A stretch of 32,000 nt of DNA, taken from Nitrosospira multiformis ATCC 25196. Its GTDB lineage: Bacteria; Pseudomonadota; Gammaproteobacteria; Burkholderiales; Nitrosomonadaceae. The notes beneath the pieces were generated by a model. The model was not told the origin of the DNA. It was given only the letters and a program-made list of their open reading frames with translations, and ran no database searches. Positions within the stretch are counted from its first letter, which is position 1. Each line of letters opens with the position of its first letter. The translations under genes and the position numbers were made by a program. Below, in pieces: positions 8,711 to 16,656 of this stretch. The stretch spans positions 2,550,001 through 2,582,000 of the forward strand of contig NC_007614.1 in NCBI RefSeq assembly GCF_000196355.1, given 5' to 3'.

Positions 8711-10951
8711 TTACACTCTGCTAAATGCATGGAAGCTTTCAATTCCCGCCCGTATGACGGCCGGTTCGATGCCGAGCGACCATGCCGCGGCTACTGCCGC
8801 AAGTATGTTTTCCACCTCCAAAGCCGCCTGCCCGTTACATGTAACCGGAACATCGTTCAATTTACTCAATGGCAGTTCACCGGGCCCGTTAACAAGTAAA
8901 ATTTCTCCGTTTCGAACTGTTACCGCCCGTTTGCCTTGAACGCCGTTTATACCGGCGGTACCGTGTAAACAATGCTCTTTTATTACCGGAAGATCGGAAT
9001 CCAGACTGAAGTAAATAATTTCCCCATTGCACAGTGCAGCCATTTCCACCAGCATCGGTTCCCTGGCATTGAGCACTGCCGCCCCTGCGGGCACGACTAC
9101 ATCCACTTGGGTACGCAACACGTCGAAGACCTGTTTAGGGGTTTCGATATATTTTCCATAATGACGGGTCAACTCCACATTGGTAATGATGCCGACATGG
9201 CAGCCGTCGTAGGCCAATCCCTCGCGGAGCATGCTGTCGCTGCCGTTTTCAAAAACCGCCGCCTCGATTGACCGGTTCATGAGGATGTTGCGCGCTGTCT
9301 TCCAGTTGGCCTGGTCGCCTTTTTTCACTTGTCTGCGGTCAAGATAGAAGCCGTCGCTGCATGCCAGACCCGCCTGCTTTCCGGAGAGCGCGAGCAGTTG
9401 GGCAATAAGATGAGCCAGCTCAGTCGTACCATAACTGCCGGTAATACCTACAATCGGAATGCGGCCGTCCTCGTGACTCGGAAAAAGGTGCTCGACGATC
9501 GCTTCGCCGACCGGCCGGGGAGTACCAATTGCGGGCTTGATGTGCATTAGCAAACCGGGTCCCGCATTGACTTCGACAATAGCACCACCCTGTTCTGCAA
9601 GCGGTCGCGCAATATCTGTGGCGACAAGATCGATGCCGGCAATATCCAATCCGACAACACGCGCCGCCAGCGATGCTGCCGCCGCCGTACTGGGATGCAC
9701 CTCGTCGGTAACATCGAAAGCATGGTTACCGTTACGCTGAATGATGACTTCCTGTCCCGCAAGCGGTATTGAATCCGTGGTGAAGCCTTGCCGCTGGAGT
9801 TCCATTATCGTTACCCCATCCACACGAACCGGATTCAGCGGATGCTCTTCACTTTCTCCCCGCCGGGGATCAGAGTTGATCTGCAGCTGGATCAGTTCGT
9901 TTACGGTGGAAATCCCATCGCCAGTAACCGAAACGGAATCCCCCCGGCTGGCGGCGACGAGGCGGCCCCCGACCACCAGCAGGCGGTGTTCCGTACCGGG
10001 AATATAACCCTCGACCAGGACACCGCTGCCCTCCTCCAGAGCTACCCTGTAAGCGGACTCGATTTCTTCACGCTTGCTCAACTCGATAAAAACGCCGCGT
10101 CCATGATTTCCATCACACGGTTTGATCACCACCGGCAGACCGATTTCCTGCGCCGCTTCCCATGCATCCTCAGCACTGTGAACGATGCGTCCCTCAGGGA
10201 TGGCGACACCGCACGATTGCAGCAACGCCTTGGTCAGATCCTTGTCGCGCGAGATGCTTTCTGCAATCGCGGGGGTGCGGTCCGTTTCCGCTGTCCAGAT
10301 GCGCTGGCTTCGGATGCCATAACCCAGCTGTACCAGATTGCCTTTGGCAAGAAGGCGAATTGCCGGAATGTTGCGCCTGGCGGCGGCTTCAACAATGCAG
10401 GCAGTGGATGGCCCGAGCCACAGCGAATCAACCATGCCGCGCAGACGCGCAACAGCGCCTCTCACATCGTAAGGCTCATCCCCCGGCGAATAATCCATTG
10501 CCGCAAGCAGCAATTCCCTTGCCGCTGCGAGAGCATTGCGCGCGACATCCTCATGCCAGGCGCTCACAGCCACCTTGTATACACCGCGCAGGGATGTTTC
10601 GCGCGCCCGGCCGAAGCCGCCGGGCATTCCGGCCAGATTTTGCAGTTCAAGCGTAACGTGCTCGAGGATATGACCGGTCCAGGTACCTTCCTTTAAACGG
10701 CGCAGAAATCCGCCCCGTTCTCCATAACTGCAGCGGTGCTCGATGAGCGAAGGAAGCCAGGAAGACAGGCATTCATAGAAACCGGGAATTGTGTCGGAGG
10801 GAAAATCTTCAAGTTCCCCGATATCGACTATGGCTTCAAGTACGGGACGAACACTCCAGATATTGGGTCCGTTGAGGTGGCGTATTTCAATAAACTTGAT
10901 ATCTCGATTTACCGCTATGTAGTCAGGTTTGATATCTGCGTAAGCCAGCAT
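8711..10951 (-). CDS. Cyanophycin synthetase paralogue (CphA'-type) with degenerate, C-terminally truncated M domain
   Basis: 746 aa, colinear with the downstream CphA through the N domain (IRHLNGPNIWS) and ATP-grasp domain (VVIKPCDGNHGRGV...EGYIPGTEHRLLVVG). The P-loop reads GITGSYGTTE, with no Lys (9419..9448). The DH motif reads TNVELTRHYG (9155..9184). The protein stops where CphA still has about 150 residues to go. The gap to cphA is 48 nt. Confidence 0.85.
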   Translation of the reverse strand: MLAYADIKPDYIAVNRDIKFIEIRHLNGPNIWSVRPVLEAIVDIGELEDFPSDTIPGFYECLSSWLPSLIEHRCSYGERGGFLRRLKEGTWTGHILEHVTLELQNLAGMPGGFGRARETSLRGVYKVAVSAWHEDVARNALAAARELLLAAMDYSPGDEPYDVRGAVARLRGMVDSLWLGPSTACIVEAAARRNIPAIRLLAKGNLVQLGYGIRSQRIWTAETDRTPAIAESISRDKDLTKALLQSCGVAIPEGRIVHSAEDAWEAAQEIGLPVVIKPCDGNHGRGVFIELSKREEIESAYRVALEEGSGVLVEGYIPGTEHRLLVVGGRLVAASRGDSVSVTGDGISTVNELIQLQINSDPRRGESEEHPLNPVRVDGVTIMELQRQGFTTDSIPLAGQEVIIQRNGNHAFDVTDEVHPSTAAAASLAARVVGLDIAGIDLVATDIARPLAEQGGAIVEVNAGPGLLMHIKPAIGTPRPVGEAIVEHLFPSHEDGRIPIVGITGSYGTTELAHLIAQLLALSGKQAGLACSDGFYLDRRQVKKGDQANWKTARNILMNRSIEAAVFENGSDSMLREGLAYDGCHVGIITNVELTRHYGKYIETPKQVFDVLRTQVDVVVPAGAAVLNAREPMLVEMAALCNGEIIYFSLDSDLPVIKEHCLHGTAGINGVQGKRAVTVRNGEILLVNGPGELPLSKLNDVPVTCNGQAALEVENILAAVAAAWSLGIEPAVIRAGIESFHAFSRV

Positions 10952-11344
10952 AAAGTGAGAGTCTCACAAGAAATAAGTTAAGTTGAACTAACGCGGCTGA
11001 CTACAATGGGTTTACAACCAGATAAATTAATATGAAAAGTAAATGCTTTTCTCACGAGAATTTCACTTTCAGTACGAAGTCCCCATCCGCAAGAAATCAA
11101 GCATGGATTATGCCAGCTAAAATAATCTTTGCAAAACAGTTGTTTGGAGCAGAAAAGCAGGCAATTCTGTCGCCATTTGCCGACAATCGGTTTCCCGGCG
11201 AAATTATGCCGTTGATATCACGGGGATGTTATATGTCTCCTGTCAGCGACAGGCTGCGCAGAGGAATACGGGAAGCAGGGAATACGAACGCTGCTCCCCC
11301 CACTGGCAGCGGCGGAAGCAGTACCTCGCCGCCGGGACTTTGAA

Positions 11345-11824
11345 TCACAGGAAGCGGTCGAGAAGCTTCCGGCTGTGATGATCGAGCGCCGTACGGTCGC
11401 GTATCAGGAAGTTGATGTTCTGGCTGTCGGTGATCAGCAAAGCGACTGGAGTCAGGCGGCGAATGTATTCTTCGCCCTTGAGAACGAATGATGTACTACC
11501 GCGGTCGGTTTCAACCCGCCAGGTGCAGGGGGTAGCAAAACTTGAAACTGCCTCGATGCGTTTGATTTCCGGCATGAACTCCCGGTTGGCAAGATCCGTT
11601 TCAACATGCTTGCGCGTCTCCTCGGGGAGGTCGCTCAATGCCTCGATCCATGCCAGCTCATGGCCATCCGCATCGACCAGCGAGATACCGCGGCCGGGAG
11701 CGGTAATGGGAAAAGCCCGCACCGGAACCACGCCCTCTCGCACTTCCCCGTTCGCCCCGGTAAATACCAGTCGCCCAAAGGCATTGCGGTGCAGGGAGTA
11801 GTATAAGGGCGTTTTTTCCGTCAT
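11345..11824 (-). CDS. DUF1854-family protein (cyanophycin-cluster-associated, function unknown)
   Basis: 159-aa ORF whose ATG overlaps the ABC transporter stop (ATGA at 11821..11824). From memory, its size and sequence style (GRLVFTGANGEVREGVVPVRAFPIT...FMPEIKRIEAV...W.VETDRG) match DUF1854, which is paired with this ABC type. This needs an HMM check. Confidence 0.65.
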   Translation of the reverse strand: MTEKTPLYYSLHRNAFGRLVFTGANGEVREGVVPVRAFPITAPGRGISLVDADGHELAWIEALSDLPEETRKHVETDLANREFMPEIKRIEAVSSFATPCTWRVETDRGSTSFVLKGEEYIRRLTPVALLITDSQNINFLIRDRTALDHHSRKLLDRFL

Positions 11825-14169
11825 TCCCGGCCACCTTCAGCCCTTGGCTCCGGCTCCGGGCTCAGCCTGCGCAGATCGTCCTCCGTGTCCACATTACGCA
11901 CTTGCGCCAGGTAAAGCCGGTAGTAATGCCCTTCCCGGGCCATGAGTTCATCATGATTGCCTATCTCGATAACGCTCCCACGGTCAAGCACGATAAGCCG
12001 ACTGGCGTCGCGCAAGGTGGAGAGCCTATGTGCAATCGCGATGGTAGTCCGGCCCCGCACCAGGTTTTCGAGCGCTTTCTGGATCTCTTTCTCGGTGGTC
12101 GTATCCACCGAGGATGTCGCTTCATCCAGGATCAGAATACGCGGATCGATGAGCAGTGCCCTTGCTATCGATATGCGCTGCCGCTCCCCGCCCGAGAGCG
12201 CCTGGCCCCGTTCACCAACCAGAGAGTCATAGCCGTGCGGCAGGCGGAGAATAAACTCATGCGCATGCGCGGCTCGCGCGGCGGCAACGATTTCCTCCTG
12301 CGTCGCGTTCGGTTTGCCGTAGGCAATATTCTCCGCAATGGTGCCGAAAAACAGAAAAGGTTCCTGAAGAACAAGTCCGATATGCTTGCGGTATTCCGCG
12401 ACCGGAAGCGCGCGTATATCCACGCCATCCAGCAGGATTGCGCCTTCCGTCACGTCGTAGAAACGGCAGATCAGATTGACGAGCGTACTCTTGCCTGAGC
12501 CGCTATGCCCTACCAGACCCACCATTTCACCTGGTTCGATAGTTATATTGATGCCATGCGTGACTGTGCGGGTACCGTAGCGGAACTCGACGTTTCGCAA
12601 CTCGATTCGCCCATCTACGACGGGCAGGTGCACGGGGTGGGCAGGCTCTGGAACGCTGGAAACGTGGTCGAGAATTTCGAAGATGCGTTTGGTGCCGGCA
12701 GCGGCCTTTTGTGTAAACGAGACGATGCGGCTCATCGAATCCAGTCGTACATAGAAACGGCTGATGTAGGTGAGAAAAGCCGTCAGCACTCCTACCGTAA
12801 TCTCATCTTTTGATACCTGCCAGATACCGAAAACCCAAACCACCAGCAAACCGACCTCGGTCAGCAGAACGACCGTTGGCGTGAACATCGACCAGACTTT
12901 GTTGACCCGGTCATTGACTTCCCGGTTGCGTTCATTGGCGGCGCGAAAGCGGATTGCTTCACGCTTCTCTTGGGCAAACGCCTTTACCACCCTCACCCCG
13001 GGGATGGTATCGGCAAGCACGCTGGTCAACTCAGCCCAAACGCGATCGACCTTTTCGAACCCGGTCCGCAACTTGTCGCGAACGATATGGATCAACCACG
13101 CAATGATCGGTAAGGGCGTCAGGGTCACCAGCGCAAGCCACGGCTCGATCGAAACCAGGATAATGGTCGTCATGCCGATCATCAGCACGTCGGTCGCGAA
13201 ATCGAGCAGATGAAGCGACAGGAAAATGTTGAGGCGATCTGTTTCCGACCCGATGCGCGCCATGAGATCGCCGGTACGCTTGCCGCCAAAATAGGCGTGC
13301 GAGAGTTTAAGCAGATGCTCAAAAGTGGCTGTGCGCAAATCAGCGCCGATACGCTCGGAAACCAGGGCGAGCACGTAAGTGCGCGCCCATCCCAATCCCC
13401 AGGCCACAATCGCGGCTCCGAGCAGTCCGGTCAGATAAAACTCAACCAGTTCAACGTCAATCGGTTTACCGTTCTGGTAGGGAATCAGTACGTTGTCCAT
13501 CAGGGGCATGGTCAAGTACGGAGGTATCATCGCCGCTCCCGTGCTGCCGAGCGTCAAAAGAAAACCGGCAAAAAGCCTCCACTTGTAGGGCCTTGCGAAA
13601 CGCCACAAACGTAACAGAGTCCAGGTGGACGGAGGCGCGTGCACTTGCTTGCGGCACGCTTCGCACTCCTCCTGCCCCGGAGCCAGCGGGACATCCAGTA
13701 CCCTGTGGCACTTGGGACAGAGAACCTGTACAGGTAAAGGACGGAACTCCCCTGTCAAGTGATTATGAAGCTGCTCCCGGAAATTATCGATGAGCCGGGT
13801 GGCCGCAGCATCCTTCCCCAACGTGTAGCGCCAGCGTGCGAGCAGCGCGTTCTCATCGAAGAGTTCAAGGCTGCCGACGCCTGCGTGATCACTGCGCACA
13901 AGCGTCAGTCCAGGCCGGTAACTCCACTCCTGTAACGTTGCCTCCGCCCCCGCCCCTGCCTCCGCCTGGACGAGCAGACGCTTATTGGTGACGACTACTA
14001 GTCCGGGATCAAAATGCAGTCGGCCATTGAGGTCAGTTTCGAGCCATGCCGCCACCTTTTCTTCCCTGGAAAGCCGGGATTCAACAGCCGCAATCCAGGT
14101 AGCCGGCAGAGCAGGCGCTCCTGACAGCATGTCATTGGGAAAAATCGGCGAAAGCCCGGATTCCGGCAT
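11821..14169 (-). CDS. ABC transporter, fused permease/ATPase (type I exporter half-transporter) with ~185-aa N-terminal cytoplasmic extension
   Basis: 782 aa. NBD motifs: Walker A GHSGSGKST, signature LSGGERQRISIARA, Walker B ILILDEATSSVD, H-loop IAHRLST. A six-helix ABC_membrane region precedes the NBD. The N-terminal extension has a PH-like LVVVTNKRLLVQ motif and CPKC-x14-CEAC. Confidence 0.9.
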   Translation of the reverse strand: MPESGLSPIFPNDMLSGAPALPATWIAAVESRLSREEKVAAWLETDLNGRLHFDPGLVVVTNKRLLVQAEAGAGAEATLQEWSYRPGLTLVRSDHAGVGSLELFDENALLARWRYTLGKDAAATRLIDNFREQLHNHLTGEFRPLPVQVLCPKCHRVLDVPLAPGQEECEACRKQVHAPPSTWTLLRLWRFARPYKWRLFAGFLLTLGSTGAAMIPPYLTMPLMDNVLIPYQNGKPIDVELVEFYLTGLLGAAIVAWGLGWARTYVLALVSERIGADLRTATFEHLLKLSHAYFGGKRTGDLMARIGSETDRLNIFLSLHLLDFATDVLMIGMTTIILVSIEPWLALVTLTPLPIIAWLIHIVRDKLRTGFEKVDRVWAELTSVLADTIPGVRVVKAFAQEKREAIRFRAANERNREVNDRVNKVWSMFTPTVVLLTEVGLLVVWVFGIWQVSKDEITVGVLTAFLTYISRFYVRLDSMSRIVSFTQKAAAGTKRIFEILDHVSSVPEPAHPVHLPVVDGRIELRNVEFRYGTRTVTHGINITIEPGEMVGLVGHSGSGKSTLVNLICRFYDVTEGAILLDGVDIRALPVAEYRKHIGLVLQEPFLFFGTIAENIAYGKPNATQEEIVAAARAAHAHEFILRLPHGYDSLVGERGQALSGGERQRISIARALLIDPRILILDEATSSVDTTTEKEIQKALENLVRGRTTIAIAHRLSTLRDASRLIVLDRGSVIEIGNHDELMAREGHYYRLYLAQVRNVDTEDDLRRLSPEPEPRAEGGRE

Positions 14170-14439
14170 TACTCTAATAGGGGAAAATCAATATCAGATA
14201 TTCAAAAATAGCGAATAGGAGTCCTCTGTTTCTTCGTCCGCCCCAGTTCGCGGCAGGCATCTTCGCCTCACCTCAAGGCTTCATCGTGCAAGAGCAATTC
14301 GGAGAGCGAGATTCACATGCCCACGAGCACGATGCCTATCTCCACCCGAAACCCGAGTATAGTCGGCTAGAGTATCAGATAATGCTCATTATGCCCTTAT
14401 CGGGGATACTGTGTCTCCGCATTTGCTTCCCCCGAATAT

Positions 14440-15315
14440 TCACCTCCGCCGTGCTCCGAGCACAGCACCCACGGTAACCGCCCCCAATCCCGCCAAAGTG
14501 AGCAGAGGCAGAGGTTCCCCCAGAACAGGCACAGCCGCCAATGCAGATATGACGGGCACGAATGCCATCAGCAAGGCGACCGTCTGCGACCCGAGGCGAC
14601 GCACAGCGAACGTATAGAGCAGCATCGCGATAAAGACGACCAGCACGCCCTGATACGCTGCCTGGAGGATGATTTCGCGGAGCGGTGCCAGTGCGAGATT
14701 GCTGGGCAGAAATAACAGCCAGACAGGCAGGTAAACTGCAGCGCTGCCCAGGGTGGTCGTTACAGTGGCAGCAAGCGGCGGCATCGGATAGCGTGCGAGC
14801 AGCAGCGTGAATATCGCCCACAATGAGGAGCCGCAAAGAAATAGCACATCACCGAGAATTTGCGTGGGAGATATATGTGTTCCGAGTGAGAGCGAGTCAG
14901 CGGCGGTCAGCAGGATACCGGCAAAAACAATAAGCAGCGCCAGCCGCCGTGCGCCGGTAAATTTTTCGCCGAACCACAGCCACGCAATGATCGCGGTCAG
15001 AAAAGGCAGCGTGCCAGGCAACAGCACGGAAGCATGAGCTGCCGGCGCCCAGCGGAAAGCAGCGTATACCACCGCAGCGTAACCGATACCGCCGAACAGC
15101 GAGAACAGGGCTATCACCTTGAGTGGAGGCAACAGGATGCGCGGCAAGAAAAAGACGGCGATCGAAGCGCCTACCCCGAATCGCAGTAGGGCAATGTCCC
15201 AGCTTGTCAACGTCCCCATTCCCCCATATCGGCTGACGAGAATGAAACCGGTCCAGATGCATATGGAAAAGAAGACCGCTATCCAGCCGCTCCAGGATTT
15301 GAGTGCTTCGCTCAT
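14440..15315 (-). CDS. DMT-superfamily (EamA-type) transporter
   Basis: 291 aa, about 10 predicted hydrophobic helices, with the Gly/Ala/Leu-rich composition typical of a duplicated EamA domain. It begins 111 nt downstream of the C-S lyase gene on the same strand. Confidence 0.8.
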   Translation of the reverse strand: MSEALKSWSGWIAVFFSICIWTGFILVSRYGGMGTLTSWDIALLRFGVGASIAVFFLPRILLPPLKVIALFSLFGGIGYAAVVYAAFRWAPAAHASVLLPGTLPFLTAIIAWLWFGEKFTGARRLALLIVFAGILLTAADSLSLGTHISPTQILGDVLFLCGSSLWAIFTLLLARYPMPPLAATVTTTLGSAAVYLPVWLLFLPSNLALAPLREIILQAAYQGVLVVFIAMLLYTFAVRRLGSQTVALLMAFVPVISALAAVPVLGEPLPLLTLAGLGAVTVGAVLGARRR

Positions 15316-15426
15316 GATTTGTATTGAAACAGCTTATTGTCTGGTTGTTCTTTGTTGCAGCTGTTTCATGGGTACGAGCAGAGCTTCCCTTTCCGGGAAA
15401 ACAGGCCTGCCGGAGCTTCCATACGC

Positions 15427-16656
15427 TCAGGCGCTCCCCTGCTTTGCTTTTTTGTGCACAGCTTTTCTGATGCTTTCAAGGGCTGCTTCGATGGTGCTGC
15501 GGGGCGCACCGATGTTCATACGCATGAAACCGCTGCCTTCTGCGCCAAACAAAGTGCCGGGACTCATGCCGATACCCGCTTCGTGCACAAAAAAATGCCT
15601 GAGCTGGATATCCGTCATTCCCAGTGCGTTCATCAATTCGTGGCAATCAAACCAGAGCAGATACGTGCCTTCGGGCTCGATGAGGTGGATTTCCGGAAGG
15701 CGAGTCGCCAGATATTCTGAGACAAAATCACGGGTTTCCTGTAGATAAACCAGCAATTCATCCAGCCAGACCTCCCCTTCCCGATAGGCTGCCTCGAAAG
15801 CAGCAATGCTGAAAGGATTGGATGCGCTGACATGCAGGATATCGAACGTCCGCGCAAGCTCCTCCCGATGCCTGGAATCCGGCACGACAAGTGCGGAAAG
15901 ATTCAATCCGGGAATATTGAATGTCTTGCTGGGAGCGACAGCTGTTATGACATTCGCCTTGCTTCCAGCCCATGTTTTCGCCAGCCGGGAGAGTATATGA
16001 TGCCTGGCTTCGGAATAAACCAGATCAGCGTGGATTTCGTCGGAAAATACCACGAGATCGTGTTTATCCGCTATCCGCAGGATGCGCTCGAGCTCTCCCC
16101 TGCTCCACACCCTGCCGACGGGATTATGCGGCGAGCATAGAAGCAGAAGACGTGCGCCTTGCGCGCATTGCTCGAGATGATCGTAATCGATCTCATAATG
16201 ACCATTCCGCAACCGCAAGGGATTCTGTACGAGTTGCCTGCCTGTAGCGGTGACAGCAGAAAAAAAGGGGAAATATACCGGCGGCTGTACGATAACCGAT
16301 GCTCCGGGGGGGGCAAAGGTCATGATGACGGCATGCAACGACGGAACAACGCCGGGACACATCATAATCCAGTCCCGCTCGATCTCCCAGCCATGACGGC
16401 GCCGCAGCCAATCCATCAGCGACTCATACAAACTGTCGGGAAAGACAGTGTACCCGTACACCGGATGAGCGGCACGTCGGGAAAGCGCCTGGGTGACCGC
16501 GACTGGAGCGGCAAAATCCATATCCGCGACCCATAGGGGAATCACTCCCGCTGCGCCGAACATGCTTTGGCGCCCATCGTATTTCAGGCTGGCTGTCCCG
16601 GTCCGGTCGATTTCCTTATCAAAATCCTGGTCCGCAATGGGAGCACTTCTGTTCAA
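15427..16656 (-). CDS. PLP-dependent C-S lyase, PatB/MalY family (OvoB-like, putative ovothiol sulfoxide lyase)
   Basis: 409 aa. The N-terminal FDKEIDRTGTASLKYD motif and overall aminotransferase class I/II architecture are typical of MalY/PatB. The only possible start upstream of that motif is TTG at 16656, which overlaps the ovoA stop (TTGA). GGAG lies 8 nt upstream. Confidence 0.8.
   Translation of the reverse strand: MNRSAPIADQDFDKEIDRTGTASLKYDGRQSMFGAAGVIPLWVADMDFAAPVAVTQALSRRAAHPVYGYTVFPDSLYESLMDWLRRRHGWEIERDWIMMCPGVVPSLHAVIMTFAPPGASVIVQPPVYFPFFSAVTATGRQLVQNPLRLRNGHYEIDYDHLEQCAQGARLLLLCSPHNPVGRVWSRGELERILRIADKHDLVVFSDEIHADLVYSEARHHILSRLAKTWAGSKANVITAVAPSKTFNIPGLNLSALVVPDSRHREELARTFDILHVSASNPFSIAAFEAAYREGEVWLDELLVYLQETRDFVSEYLATRLPEIHLIEPEGTYLLWFDCHELMNALGMTDIQLRHFFVHEAGIGMSPGTLFGAEGSGFMRMNIGAPRSTIEAALESIRKAVHKKAKQGSA

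Noticed and set aside
9788-10696. 302-aa and 164-aa plus-strand ORFs antisense to cphA'
   Set aside because: Same reasoning as above. They have a low-complexity Arg/Pro/Gln-rich translation, while the opposite strand carries intact ATP-grasp motifs.
11032-11343. 103-aa plus-strand ORF in the DUF1854/cphA' spacer
   Set aside because: It lies on the opposite strand to all neighbours, has no SD, and its translation ends in low-complexity GGSSTSPPGL. It is treated as non-coding spacer (see the spacer finding).
14375-15262. 153-aa and 121-aa minus-strand ORFs overlapping the EamA transporter in alternative frames
   Set aside because: The 291-aa frame gives a coherent multi-helix membrane protein. 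The alternatives are Arg/Cys/Gly-rich frame-shifted translations.
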